Part shown: positions 1-9,775 of the stretch, in pieces
How positions within the stretch are numbered: the first letter of the stretch is position 1
How the letters are laid out: every line of letters starts with the position of its first letter
The notes under the pieces: generated by a model
What the model was told of the DNA's origin: nothing
Database searches by the model: none
Seen by the model: the letters and a program-made list of their open reading frames with translations, nothing else
IMG/VR virus record: IMGVR_UViG_3300029787_005093
Direction: 5' to 3' (one strand)
DNA length: 59,152 nt
DNA from: an uncultured virus (IMG/VR IMGVR_UViG_3300029787_005093)
Taxonomy: Duplodnaviria > Heunggongvirae > Uroviricota > Caudoviricetes
Program-made: the position numbers and the translations under genes

Positions 1-337
1 CAGGATTACTAGTATATGCTGATTTATCTGGGTTGGATAGGTCAAAACCTTGTCTTAACCTAAAAGCTGTTTCTTCTTGAAACATGGTACCACCAAATAG
101 TATATTTTTTTTAGCTAAATCAGATGAACCATTAATATTAGAACTAGAAGATAATTTTATCCACGCAGTTTTACTATTTAAAAATGATATTTCATCATCA
201 TTCTTATTTTTTTTAGCTTTTATAAAACTACGAGCTCTAAGTTGTTCTATAATCCTAGGTGATATAGCTGAACCAAAAGCATTACCGCCAAACTGATTTG
301 CTTTAGCGCCTCCACCTGAAAAGCTGAATAAAGCCAT
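1..337 (-). CDS. N-terminal part of a probable baseplate/tail-associated protein (runs off the window; not in ORF track)
   Basis: ATG at 337-335 overlaps the upstream stop (TAATG). Open to the window edge: MALFSFSGGGAKANQFGGNAFGSAISPRIIEQLRARS...LNSKTAWIKLSS...LAKKNILFGG. Function inferred from position only. Confidence 0.7.
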   Translation of the reverse strand, partial: MALFSFSGGGAKANQFGGNAFGSAISPRIIEQLRARSFIKAKKNKNDDEISFLNSKTAWIKLSSSSNINGSSDLAKKNILFGGTMFQEETAFRLRQGFDLSNPDKSAYTSNP

Positions 338-642
338 TATCTATTACTGTTTATGGATCTATACAGTTGTAATACTCTTTGTTTGCTTAAAGGAATTCGT
401 AACTGTACTCCTGGTTTAACTACTAAATTATCTCTTACAGAAGTGTTTGCTGATGCAATAGCCCACCATAGTGAACTATCTTTATAAAATTGTTGTGCTA
501 AAGTATCATACCTATCACCACCTGTTGTAATAACATATATATCTTCTTCAGTTTCTGGGATATCTGGGTATATTGGATTAAGATAATACTGTTCATTATC
601 TTCCGTAGAAATCTTTTTTATGTTTTTATATCTATCTATCAT
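337..642 (-). CDS. LysM-like baseplate wedge protein (tail X / gp53-like)
   Basis: LysM-type pattern GDRYDTLAQQFYKDSSLWWAIASAN...PGVQLRIP; lies downstream of tape measure and tube-initiator-like genes. Confidence 0.75.
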   Translation of the reverse strand: MIDRYKNIKKISTEDNEQYYLNPIYPDIPETEEDIYVITTGGDRYDTLAQQFYKDSSLWWAIASANTSVRDNLVVKPGVQLRIPLSKQRVLQLYRSINSNR

Positions 643-2195
643 TATGATGCTGTTCCTACGTCAGCAGATGCATCAGCAGTATTTAAATCAAAATCTCCAA
701 ATAACGCTGATCTAGCTATACCTAGTTCAGGTCCATTTACAGTGACTTCTTCACCTGAGGAGAAGTATTTATTTTCATTAGGATTAGTAGAGTAGTGGTA
801 TAAACCTGTTTGTGGTGCAAATTTATGTATTGGAGTAAATTCTACTTCACAGTTTAAAAGATGAGGTAATTGTTGAACTGGTTCATTATTTTTTAATTTT
901 ATTTCCCATGGATACCCTTGTTCCCAACTAAAATTTACTGCTGAAAAGAATCCTGGTTGAGATACAAGATAATCTCCTATAGTAATATTACATAATGTAC
1001 CTCTCATAAAACTTTGATTAGTATCGTATGTTGGAGCTGTAGTAGATGCTAAATAATTTAATTTTTGATACATAGGTTTTAATGCATCTCTAGTATCTGC
1101 ATATGCTTTAAAACCGAAACTGATAGATCTTTCGAAACCACCGTAAGTATAGAATTTTTCAGCTCTACCATAATAAGTATGATCTGACCAAGTACCTGTA
1201 TAGGAATCTGAGAAAGCATCTAAATAAGCTCTAAAATATAAAAATACATTTTGTTCTCCTTCATCTTGACTAATAACTTCAAAATTAAATTTTATAAAAT
1301 CATTTGCATCTTCATTTTCACCTAGTTGAGGACCTAACATTCCAATTTTATCCGAAGCTTCTAAATTAAGTGCTTCTGAATAATTTGATGTATATCTAGT
1401 TTTTCCTCTTCCCCCAGTTTGAGGTAATCCTAATCTTTTTTCTTTTTGTATTTTAGCATCTATTTCTTTATAAGTATTACTAGTAAAGTCATATAGTTTT
1501 CTTTCACTACCACCAACAGTTTCTGCAGAAAAAACATTAAGTTGATTAGCTATAACATCTAAAGGGTTTGGAACTCCATTTCTACCTTGATCATAAGAAA
1601 ATTTTGCTGCATCGTACCTATTAGGAAATTTTAGTTTAGTTTGTATAAAGGTTTTAGAATCACCGTTTGCTAATTCACTTACAAAATCAACTGGAATAGG
1701 TACTTCACCACCTTCTGAGGATATAACATGTCCTTGTACTCTTCTTAAATAACCTTGTTTACCTTTAAAACCTAGTACTAAATGTGTTCCTGTACCAGAA
1801 AGACCTGCTTGAGATATTGTTGATGCTGTTACTGCTACTGCATTCGCAGCCGATACAGCTACTCCAGATATTAAAGTACCTAAAAATGCGAGTACATCAC
1901 CAACTGTTGAACCAGTTCCTCCACCATCATTTTTTCTATCTCTCTGCGGGGGTGCTGCTGCTCTACCTCTATCTATTGCATTTAATGCTGCTGTATTACC
2001 TAAAAATTTAACACCTGGCCCTGATAACATTAGTTTACCTAATCTTAATACATCATCTCCTCTTGATTGCACAGCCGAACTGACCGTGTTATACACAGGA
2101 GGATTCTTAATGTCTTTCCTTATAAATGGTTGCCTACCACTATATTTAGGAAAGTCTTTAAGTGTAGTATGTTGTAAACTGTTTATTAATGCCAT
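642..2195 (-). CDS. Probable baseplate tail-tube initiator/cap protein (gp48/gp54-like C-terminal domain)
   Basis: C-terminal beta-rich region (FRAYLDAFSDSY...GRAEKFYTYGGFERSISFGF...NITIGDY...PGFFSAVNFSW); synteny between tape measure and LysM genes. Confidence 0.55.
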   Translation of the reverse strand: MALINSLQHTTLKDFPKYSGRQPFIRKDIKNPPVYNTVSSAVQSRGDDVLRLGKLMLSGPGVKFLGNTAALNAIDRGRAAAPPQRDRKNDGGGTGSTVGDVLAFLGTLISGVAVSAANAVAVTASTISQAGLSGTGTHLVLGFKGKQGYLRRVQGHVISSEGGEVPIPVDFVSELANGDSKTFIQTKLKFPNRYDAAKFSYDQGRNGVPNPLDVIANQLNVFSAETVGGSERKLYDFTSNTYKEIDAKIQKEKRLGLPQTGGRGKTRYTSNYSEALNLEASDKIGMLGPQLGENEDANDFIKFNFEVISQDEGEQNVFLYFRAYLDAFSDSYTGTWSDHTYYGRAEKFYTYGGFERSISFGFKAYADTRDALKPMYQKLNYLASTTAPTYDTNQSFMRGTLCNITIGDYLVSQPGFFSAVNFSWEQGYPWEIKLKNNEPVQQLPHLLNCEVEFTPIHKFAPQTGLYHYSTNPNENKYFSSGEEVTVNGPELGIARSALFGDFDLNTADASADVGTAS

Positions 2196-2202
2196 GTATC
2201 AA

Positions 2203-2400
2203 TTACTTAGGTAAATTAGCAAGATATTGTTTATCTGGTTTGTTACCATCTAAATCTAATTTGCTATCTGCTGGATTTACGCTTTTTGCTTGAATACCTT
2301 GTACATGAAGTTGAGATGCAACACTTGCACCTGCTCTTCTTTCAGGAGTATTTCCTTTTAATCCTAAGTTTGAACCTAATGATCCTTTTAATATGCTCAT
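2203..2400 (-). CDS. Small hypothetical late protein
   Basis: 65-aa ORF filling the gap; own TATTTATA motif 22 nt upstream. Confidence 0.6.
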   Translation of the reverse strand: MSILKGSLGSNLGLKGNTPERRAGASVASQLHVQGIQAKSVNPADSKLDLDGNKPDKQYLANLPK

Positions 2401-2422
2401 AATTTTAAATTTTAATGTTTAA

Positions 2423-2430
2423 TATAAATA
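2423..2430 (-). promoter_or_regulatory. Late promoter-like motif TATTTATA
   Basis: Intergenic, 22 nt upstream of 2400. Confidence 0.65.
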
Positions 2431-2435
2431 GTTAA

Positions 2436-5051
2436 TTAATATTTTGCTGCACCTAATACTAGTGCCTCACCTACTGCTCTACTATCAAAGTTAACTGTAG
2501 CTCCTTCTCTTACTACGCCAATTAATTCTTGTAATAATTCTTCTACATTACCTCCTAATTTTGTTCCTCCTGCCATAGTAATGGTATCTTTGTTTAGAGG
2601 TTTAATAACAAAGTCCTCTACATCTATTGTTGAAGGTGTACTGGCTGCACTTGCTTCTGCTGCATTAATACTATCGTTTAATCCAAATACTGAAGCTACG
2701 CCTTTACCTACGCTTGTACTAGCTCCTCCAAATTTATCGGCAATATATCCGAAAAGAGTTCTACCTAAAAAGTCACCACCAGCATAAGCTAAGGCATTTA
2801 ATAAAAATGTTGGTATACCAGTAGCACTTAATGCTGTAGTTATCGCTGCAGCTCCTGCACCTCCAATAACTCCTCCTACACCTTGCAAAGTTCTTTTACC
2901 TATTTGCTGATATACGTCTTGTTTATCTCCACCTGCAGCTATTATACTATTAATATCCATTGTTGCAAGTATTCCTTCTATAGCTGTTCCAACAAGAGGT
3001 ATTCTTTTTAACATTTTAACAAGACCTTTTCCTCCTTTAGGTAGCAATTTTTTTAACTGTCCAACGGGATCTTTAACCAAATTTTTTGCTCCTTCAACTA
3101 AATTACTAGCTCCTGTTGCTATACTACCACCAATACCTTTTATTTTACCTCCTATACCTCCAAAAAAGTTTTTAACTCCACCTAAGAAACCTCCTCCACC
3201 AGCTTTTGCAGCAGTAGATCCAGCCCCACCAGCTCCAGCTACGGTACTAGCAGCACCAGAAGCTGATTTAGTAACATCACCAGCTAAACCGAAAGCTGTT
3301 CTAAGTGAACTAACTACGCTTTGAACCATACTGTAAGCTGCTTTAAATGGTGCAAGTATTGATGATACTGCTATTTTACCCATTGTAGCTAATAATGAAG
3401 TAGATGCTACATCTGAGTCAGTAATAAAATTAGCAAATTTTTCTATATAAGGAAGTACTTCTTCTAATAATTTTAAACCTATACCTGCTAATTTCATTTG
3501 TATCCTTTCCATTGCTGCATCTAATCTTTCTGCTGCAGTTGCACTAAACATAGTTTGTTGTGCAAGTTCTGCTCCTAACTCAGCATTTGTTTTTCCTTCT
3601 TTAGCTTGTTTTTGACCGTTTTTAACTGCTTCATCTGCTAATGATTTTTGAGCTTGTTCTCCTTTTAATCTTTCTGCAAATTCATCTCTCTGCATTCCTA
3701 ATGCTTCCGCAATTGACTGCTGTTGCAATACGTTCATTTTACCAAATGAAGCGGCTGTAATACCTTGTTTGGCTATTTCTCTGTTAAATCCTGCTATGTC
3801 TCCATTAAGTGCTGCTATTCTAGCTTTATCTAAATTAAGTTCTCTACCTAATAATACTTCAGCTTCCATTTCTGCAGTTAGAGAAGACTCAAAATCAAGC
3901 ATTCCATTCATTGCTGACTCTGATTTAGCTAGATCAGTACCTAATTTTCTTGCTTCTGCTGCTGCTTTCTTTAATCCTCCAGGGAATTTTTTGGTTGATA
4001 ATGCTGTGGCTGCTGATGCTGTTGCTACATCTTCTAATATAACTGCACCACTTAAGAATACTCCATTAGCACGGTTAAAATTAGCTGTAAAACCTAAAGT
4101 TTCATCTGATATCTCTTTTAATGACTTACCGCTCATAGCAGCATGCTTGTATAAACCTGCAGCTGCATCAGCTCCTAGACCCATTCTTTTTGAAATACCT
4201 AAGACATATTTAGAAGTTTCTGCTGAAACTACTGCTGATGATTTTAATGATTTATTAAAAGATGCTATACCACCACCAGCTTCACTAATGGACATACCCA
4301 TTGAATTAGCTGCACTAGCTGCTCTACTAAATGCTTTGGCTGCATCATTGCCAGCCATTGCTAATGTTCTTCTTACTTCGGCTGCTCCTGCTTGTAATTT
4401 TTTGATCCCTTCGATCATTAAACCAAACATAGTAGCAAGTCCTAATTTAGCTATATCTCCTAATGCTGCTCCCATTCCTTTTGCAGCTGAATGTCCTTTT
4501 GCTTGGTATTCAGCCATAGTTTTAGAAGCTTTTGCAAAACCATCAAAGACTTTACCGAGTACAGGGACGTCGCCAAAGATTTCTGCTAAGCCACCGAATA
4601 CACTAGCGGCTTTTTCAGTTTTACGAACTTCTTTTGCGAATTTTTGAGCTTCTGCGGTAAGCTCTTTAGACATTTGAAGTTGATCTGACAGTATCCTTAC
4701 TCTTTTCTGAATAGATGCATTCTCAGATTCAGAATACTTATTAATTAATAACTGAAGTCTTTGTTGTTCTTGCAGTGCATTGGTTAAGTTTCTATCAAAT
4801 GTTGCTCTTTTTCTTTTGCTAGCAAGCATGTCAGCATCTGCAGTAGCTAAATTTTTAGCAAGTTTTTCGGCCTTATCTGTATTTTTGACCATATCATTCA
4901 TTTCCGCCTTACCGGCAGCAAGTTCTTCAGTAACCTTTTTAAGCTCGTTTTTCATATCTTGTATGATATCGACGAACTGTGCTCCTGCTTTATTTAGCTC
5001 GATTTGAGCTGCTGCTGCTTGTTTAGTTTGTATGATACGTTCTTTAGCCAT
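2436..5051 (-). CDS. Tail tape measure protein
   Basis: 871 aa, Ala/Gly/Lys-rich helical and coiled-coil, hydrophobic Gly-rich C-terminal region; follows sheath-tube-chaperone genes. Confidence 0.85.
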   Translation of the reverse strand: MAKERIIQTKQAAAAQIELNKAGAQFVDIIQDMKNELKKVTEELAAGKAEMNDMVKNTDKAEKLAKNLATADADMLASKRKRATFDRNLTNALQEQQRLQLLINKYSESENASIQKRVRILSDQLQMSKELTAEAQKFAKEVRKTEKAASVFGGLAEIFGDVPVLGKVFDGFAKASKTMAEYQAKGHSAAKGMGAALGDIAKLGLATMFGLMIEGIKKLQAGAAEVRRTLAMAGNDAAKAFSRAASAANSMGMSISEAGGGIASFNKSLKSSAVVSAETSKYVLGISKRMGLGADAAAGLYKHAAMSGKSLKEISDETLGFTANFNRANGVFLSGAVILEDVATASAATALSTKKFPGGLKKAAAEARKLGTDLAKSESAMNGMLDFESSLTAEMEAEVLLGRELNLDKARIAALNGDIAGFNREIAKQGITAASFGKMNVLQQQSIAEALGMQRDEFAERLKGEQAQKSLADEAVKNGQKQAKEGKTNAELGAELAQQTMFSATAAERLDAAMERIQMKLAGIGLKLLEEVLPYIEKFANFITDSDVASTSLLATMGKIAVSSILAPFKAAYSMVQSVVSSLRTAFGLAGDVTKSASGAASTVAGAGGAGSTAAKAGGGGFLGGVKNFFGGIGGKIKGIGGSIATGASNLVEGAKNLVKDPVGQLKKLLPKGGKGLVKMLKRIPLVGTAIEGILATMDINSIIAAGGDKQDVYQQIGKRTLQGVGGVIGGAGAAAITTALSATGIPTFLLNALAYAGGDFLGRTLFGYIADKFGGASTSVGKGVASVFGLNDSINAAEASAASTPSTIDVEDFVIKPLNKDTITMAGGTKLGGNVEELLQELIGVVREGATVNFDSRAVGEALVLGAAKY

Positions 5052-5070
5052 TTAAAAATGAATTATTTCT

Positions 5071-5078
5071 TATAAATA
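5071..5078 (-). promoter_or_regulatory. Late promoter-like motif TATTTATA
   Basis: Upstream of the tape measure gene. Confidence 0.7.
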
Positions 5079-5091
5079 GTTAAGGCTCCTA

Positions 5092-5347
5092 TTATTTAGA
5101 AGCCTTTGTAGTATAATTTGGTTTAACGTTCGGTCTAGCTACTTGTAGCTGTTTCTTTTTAGAGTATTTTTCGTTTTCTTTTTTTTGTGCATCATAAAAC
5201 TCATTAATATTCTGATAAGTAAAGTTTCTTAACCATATAGGCATATTATATACGGTAGGCCAGTCATATCCTCCTTTGCCGTGGAATACTATATTATGAA
5301 TTTGTGTAAAAAGATTATTTCTATATTCTGAAGTCAGGCCAAAAAAA
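5092..5347 (-). CDS. Tail/baseplate assembly chaperone second segment (gp51 / lambda gpT-like), probably reached by frameshift
   Basis: +1 frame relative to the upstream ORF, entered at a U7 run: FFGLTSEYRNNLFTQIHNIVFHGKGGYDWPTVYNMPIWLR. The annotated ATG at 5400 lies inside the upstream gene. Confidence 0.65.
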
Positions 5348-6067
5348 GTTAATCCCGATGGGGATATCAACTTCCTCCTCCTCTCCATTATCGTTTTCAA
5401 ACTTATATATCATATCTACGTCTGGAGAGACGGTAATATAATATTTTCTAAATTCTCTTGCATCAGATGCTAACATATAGTTATCAACAAAATCTCTAAT
5501 ATCTTTAGATTCTTTATTTTCATTAACTGATGTAATCATATACTTAAGTCTTGTAGATCCTTCAGTATTACTATTTTTATCTATTTTTTTTCTTCCTTCT
5601 ACTTCTCTTTGAACTTTATTTTCATCCTCTTGAGTTAAAAGTCTAAATTTTATTTTATTACCTGTTTTAGGTAAAGTAAAATCAAATTCATTTCCCTTTT
5701 CTAATAGTTTAAAATCTATTTTTTTATTATCTAATTTAGATAAATCTATAGAATGCTCTTCATCTCTTACTGTAAATTTATATTCTTTACCATAAGATAG
5801 TATTCTTGCTGCTATCATTATAGCATTCTTATCCCCAATAAGTAATTGATTAAAGTTAATTTTTTTATCAACTATAAGAGATTTTAATACTCTATCTAAA
5901 GCTGTACCGTTTTGTATATAGTTTACATTAGATAGAATGTCCTCTTCCTTTGCGGTCATATACTTCATTTCTATTTTTCCGCTTGAAAGAGGAGAGTCCT
6001 TAGGGTAAAGAAGTCCTTTGGACGGTAAATCTACTGATTCAGTAGGTAAATTAAATTTTGGTTCCAT
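5321..6067 (-). CDS. Baseplate hub assembly / tail chaperone protein (T4 gp26-like)
   Basis: LPSKG..Y...IEMKYMTAKEEDIL...GDKNAIMIAARILSYG...IPIGINFFWP pattern; position between tube and tape measure. Confidence 0.75.
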   Translation of the reverse strand: MEPKFNLPTESVDLPSKGLLYPKDSPLSSGKIEMKYMTAKEEDILSNVNYIQNGTALDRVLKSLIVDKKINFNQLLIGDKNAIMIAARILSYGKEYKFTVRDEEHSIDLSKLDNKKIDFKLLEKGNEFDFTLPKTGNKIKFRLLTQEDENKVQREVEGRKKIDKNSNTEGSTRLKYMITSVNENKESKDIRDFVDNYMLASDAREFRKYYITVSPDVDMIYKFENDNGEEEEVDIPIGINFFWPDFRI

Positions 6068-6095
6068 AAATAATTACGTTATAACTAGTTTTATT

Positions 6096-6103
6096 TATAA
6101 ATA
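6096..6103 (-). promoter_or_regulatory. Late promoter-like motif TATTTATA
   Basis: Upstream of the gp26-like gene, downstream of a terminator. Confidence 0.7.
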
Positions 6104-6129
6104 TACGAAGATAAAATTTATTTACCAAC
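6098..6129 (-). promoter_or_regulatory. Bacteroidota-type sigma-A-like promoter (-33/-7) overlapping a late motif
   Basis: Minus strand GTTG-N20-TATATTTA; the Bacteroidota consensus is TTTG-N19-21-TAnnTTTG. Confidence 0.45.
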
Positions 6130-6139
6130 TTTCTTACAT

Positions 6140-6164
6140 AAAAAAACCCGGATAATTCCGGGTT
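6140..6164 (-). terminator. Rho-independent terminator after the tail tube gene
   Basis: Minus strand AACCCGGA-atta-TCCGGGTT followed by TTTTT. Confidence 0.85.
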
Positions 6165-6192
6165 CTTTGGTTTTCAATAAAATTATTAATGT

Positions 6193-6678
6193 TTAGTAGT
6201 TAAGTACACAATAATCCATGGCTACTGTAAGTGTAACTTCTGCTGGCTCTGAACTAGTCCAGTCAAAACTACCTTGAGCAAAACTTGTAATCATTGCTCC
6301 TTTAATTATCCATTCAGAAACTATATCTCCTACAGGACCTAAAACATTAAGTGTTATATCTTTTTTGTAAAAGTCAGAGTAACCTGCTCTTCCTGTTACT
6401 GATTCGTATGATAATCTTGCCCATTCCATACAAGCTTGAGCTCCAGATGGTGTGATTGGATCATATAATGTCATATCCATATCTTGCCATTCTCTCTTAC
6501 CTCTTATTTTTCTATAAGAGTTAATGTGATCTAGTTTGATAGGCTCATCAGAAAAAGAAGGTGCCGTCACGTTCTTAATCATAAATGACTCGATCCCATC
6601 GATTACCATGAAGAATCTGTTCTGTACCTTTGGTTCAAAGGCTCTAAACATTATTTCGTTAGTATCTAATATTGCCAT
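6193..6678 (-). CDS. gp19: Tail tube protein (T4 gp19-like)
   Basis: 161 aa; FEPKVQNRF...GKREWQDMDMTLYDPI...YKKDITLNVLGPVGDIVSEWIIKGA...VTLTVAMDY; directly after sheath. Confidence 0.9.
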   Translation of the reverse strand: MAILDTNEIMFRAFEPKVQNRFFMVIDGIESFMIKNVTAPSFSDEPIKLDHINSYRKIRGKREWQDMDMTLYDPITPSGAQACMEWARLSYESVTGRAGYSDFYKKDITLNVLGPVGDIVSEWIIKGAMITSFAQGSFDWTSSEPAEVTLTVAMDYCVLNY

Positions 6679-6691
6679 GTCTTTTTTTTAT

Positions 6692-6699
6692 TATAAATA
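6692..6699 (-). promoter_or_regulatory. Late promoter-like motif TATTTATA
   Basis: Upstream of the tail tube gene. Confidence 0.7.
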
Positions 6700-6713
6700 T
6701 CTAAAATTAAAAT

Positions 6714-8492
6714 TTATCCTCCAAATGTTGCTCCTGTTGGTTCTAATGTAAAGTCAAGAACAATAAATTCAGCTGTTTTAGCTGGTTGAACAAATATCTG
6801 TCCAATTAATTGATTTCTATCGATTACATCTGCTGTATTGTTGGAATCGTCCATTACAACTCTAAATGAAAATAATCCTTGTCTCTGTACCACTGATTCT
6901 AAGAATGGATTTACAGCTGATAAGAATCTATTTCTAGTTGCTATCGTATTTTGATCAAATACTAATGTATTTGCTTGATCACTTACGAACTTCTTAAGTT
7001 CTATCAATAATCTACGTACATTTACTCTATCTAATGCAGAAGCTGCTTTTTGTAAAGTCTTCTGACCAAATATTGCTATTCCTTGTCCAGGGAATGTTGC
7101 TATTGGGTTAACATTACCACTATATAAAGTATCTCTTTCTGATCTTGTTAGTTTTCTTTCTGATTGTAATACTGAAGGTACTCCTCCTCTTACTAATCCT
7201 GCAGGTGCAAACCATGGTGCGTTAGCTCCATCTGTAAATGCATATACTCCAGGTACTACTACTGATGCAGGAACGTAAACGTTTTTACCTGTTGCTGATC
7301 CTACTTGTACCCAAGGCCAGTATGTTGCAGCGTAAGAACTATTTACTTCTGCTGCTTCTGCAGTTACTGTTGTTATTGCTCCAGTACCGTGTGCTACTAA
7401 ATCTACCACTGCTATACAGTCTCCTCTAGTTTCTGCTAAAGATATAAGATTATCTGTTTGAGTAGCTCCGTTAGCTGCAAATGCATGTATTAATCCAGGT
7501 GCAGAAACGATATTAAATTTCCATTCGTCTTTATTTTCTAGAATTGTAATTGCATCATTATAATCTCCTCCAATTAATCCTTGAATACCTGCTACATCAT
7601 TATTAATATCTTTAAAGAATTTAGCGTTGTTAGTAGTATTAGTACCAGCAGCTCCACCAAATGCTCCAGATGCAGCAGCAGGAATAGAAGCTGAATAGCT
7701 TATTCCACCTGAATCTAAATTTACTGCGATACCATCTGTACCTAAATAATTTGATGTTTGAACTTTTACGTCCGATACTCTAATGTAGTTAGATCTATTT
7801 GGATATTCTCCTACACTAGTTACATAAGTATTATTTCCGTCTGTAGCTTTAGTTACTCTTTGATCTCCAATTTGCTTTGCAATATATCTATCGTCATTTG
7901 GATCTAAACTTAAGTTATTAAACGTTTCTAATATAATTTTGTTTTTGTGATTGTCATCACCTCTTCTTACTAATAATGAGAATGTACCTTTTGAAGTATC
8001 TAGGTTACTAACTTCCCATCTAATATTGTCTGCTGATCCACTCTTAAGAGAACCGTTACTTAGTTCATCTCCGCTTGTATAATGATCTGAAGCTGTTACG
8101 TTATTATATACTATACCTTTACCAATAGTCTGTAGAGTAAAGATTTCAGTAGTTGCTTTTCCAGTTGATCCAGAAATAGGAGTTGAATCCGCTGCTGTCC
8201 AACCTGCAGAACCAGATACTACTCTAGTGATTAGAGCTGTGTTGCCGCCTTGATCGAAATAATTTTTTACAGCTAATGATGTTAAGTACTCTACGTTAGT
8301 TGAACCAGAGATAAAGGTTCTACCAAACTTTCTTGAATACTCTCCAAAAGAAGTTACAATAGTAGGATTCTCAATTGGTCCAGTAACAGTAGGCCCAATA
8401 AAAGCTGCGCCAACTTCTTGGGGTGCAGGTGAGATAAATGATACGTCATTCTCTCTTGCGAGTACACCAGGTGAGATTATAGTTTCTGCCAT
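6714..8492 (-). CDS. gp18: Contractile tail sheath protein (T4 gp18-like)
   Basis: N-terminal SPGVLAREND; C-terminal PWFAPAGLVRG, VNPIATFPGQG, GQKTLQ, LDRVNVRRLL, QPAKTAEFI. Confidence 0.95.
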   Translation of the reverse strand: MAETIISPGVLARENDVSFISPAPQEVGAAFIGPTVTGPIENPTIVTSFGEYSRKFGRTFISGSTNVEYLTSLAVKNYFDQGGNTALITRVVSGSAGWTAADSTPISGSTGKATTEIFTLQTIGKGIVYNNVTASDHYTSGDELSNGSLKSGSADNIRWEVSNLDTSKGTFSLLVRRGDDNHKNKIILETFNNLSLDPNDDRYIAKQIGDQRVTKATDGNNTYVTSVGEYPNRSNYIRVSDVKVQTSNYLGTDGIAVNLDSGGISYSASIPAAASGAFGGAAGTNTTNNAKFFKDINNDVAGIQGLIGGDYNDAITILENKDEWKFNIVSAPGLIHAFAANGATQTDNLISLAETRGDCIAVVDLVAHGTGAITTVTAEAAEVNSSYAATYWPWVQVGSATGKNVYVPASVVVPGVYAFTDGANAPWFAPAGLVRGGVPSVLQSERKLTRSERDTLYSGNVNPIATFPGQGIAIFGQKTLQKAASALDRVNVRRLLIELKKFVSDQANTLVFDQNTIATRNRFLSAVNPFLESVVQRQGLFSFRVVMDDSNNTADVIDRNQLIGQIFVQPAKTAEFIVLDFTLEPTGATFGG

Positions 8493-8520
8493 GTTGATGT
8501 TATTTTAAGTCGTGTTTTTA

Positions 8521-8585
8521 TATAAATATCGTTCATTTATCCAAACCCATCCATAAGATAGTAAGTTGGATTACATTTATAAATA
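8521..8585 (-). promoter_or_regulatory. Two TATTTATA motifs (8521-8528 and 8578-8585)
   Basis: Upstream of the tail sheath gene. Confidence 0.7.
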
Positions 8586-8615
8586 GAGAAATAGAAGGTA
8601 AACCACCCAAGAATT

Positions 8616-8864
8616 TTAAGTAATATTTCCTGTCTTAATATCTATATTAACATCACCATATTTTTGATTAATAGAATTATGTAAAGATAGTTCAAAATTT
8701 TCAATCCTTAGCTTATTTTCTTTAGCTCTATCTAATCTTTCTGTTAGTTGTATTTCAAGAAGCTTGATTTCACCTAACTCTATTAAAAGGTTTTGTTTAT
8801 TTACCTTTATACTTTGTAGCTGTTCTAATTCAGCTTTATCTAATTTTTTTACTTTTTTTGCCAT
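8616..8864 (-). CDS. Small coiled-coil hypothetical protein
   Basis: 82 aa with heptad pattern, ends KYGDVNIDIKTG; coupled to the upstream gene. Confidence 0.6.
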   Translation of the reverse strand: MAKKVKKLDKAELEQLQSIKVNKQNLLIELGEIKLLEIQLTERLDRAKENKLRIENFELSLHNSINQKYGDVNIDIKTGNIT

Positions 8865-9775
8865 TATTTATGTTTTTTACCTTTTGAATACTTATCGTTA
8901 TATTCTGGTATATCTATTTCGTTATATTTATGTCCTTTTATTACTGTGGTTTTTATTTCACCTTTACCGGTATTAGTAAAATAGTCTTTTAAGTAATTAT
9001 AACTTCTATTCATAATATAGTTAGATCCTTTTTCTTCTAATAATAAACGTAATTGATCTATAGAAGGATGTTTTTTATTCCAACCTGCTGTTGAATGATA
9101 CTGTTGAGATTCGAATTGAAATGGCATTCTTATTAATAAAGGAGTAGAATTACATTTTATAGTTTTTAGTACGATAAAATTTCTAACTAAGAACTCAGCT
9201 GTATATCTATGATTTAAAATTAAGTTTGCTCTATTTTTATAAAAGTATGAGCTTTTATCTAAAAAATAATGTAACCACATCATACTATATACATCCATAG
9301 TTTTAGGAGTACCCAACATAAAATAATCTTGACACCAAAAATTACCTTTAAATATTTCTACTGACCCAGTATTAAACATTAAATTATCTTTTACTTCTCC
9401 TTTTCTTAGTTGGTTTACTAAACCGTCTAAGATTTCTCTACAAAGCACTAGATCTGTTCGCAGCTGTAAAACAGCATCGTATTTAATATTTGATTGATTA
9501 CGTAAATAATTAACTCTAAATAAAGAGTACGTAAAATGTGGCTGGTGTCCTAATGTATCTGTGTAATTTACTAAATCAAAATATTTACTATCTTCTTCTT
9601 TTAGTCTTTCATATTTAGTAATCCATTTTAGTTTACTATAATCTACTTCATCTTCCCAAGTTGCTACATAATAATCAAAGTCAATATCATTATATAGATT
9701 ATCCCATTCGGCAAATATTTTACCATTGTCTTCTATATACCTTCCACTTCCATTTAGAGTAACAGCTACTTTCAC
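8864..9775 (-). CDS. Putative glycosyltransferase-like protein (GxxR...YD...RxD family, copy 1)
   Basis: VAVTLNGSGR, DYYVATW, YDAVLQLRTD; same motif layout as 20081-20728 and 28019-28798. Confidence 0.5.
   Translation of the reverse strand: MKVAVTLNGSGRYIEDNGKIFAEWDNLYNDIDFDYYVATWEDEVDYSKLKWITKYERLKEEDSKYFDLVNYTDTLGHQPHFTYSLFRVNYLRNQSNIKYDAVLQLRTDLVLCREILDGLVNQLRKGEVKDNLMFNTGSVEIFKGNFWCQDYFMLGTPKTMDVYSMMWLHYFLDKSSYFYKNRANLILNHRYTAEFLVRNFIVLKTIKCNSTPLLIRMPFQFESQQYHSTAGWNKKHPSIDQLRLLLEEKGSNYIMNRSYNYLKDYFTNTGKGEIKTTVIKGHKYNEIDIPEYNDKYSKGKKHK

Noticed and set aside
3769..4647. 292-aa plus-strand ORF (and 84-296, 2581-2787, 4780-5007, 48876-49112, 56407-56709, 57063-57356 and other short plus-strand ORFs)
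   Set aside because: Antisense shadows of well-supported minus-strand genes; no motifs or expression signals
5348..5400. Annotated N-terminus MKTIMERRRKLISPSG of ORF 5092-5400
   Set aside because: It is the out-of-frame reading of the upstream gene's acidic tail; frameshift entry at the U7 run is more plausible
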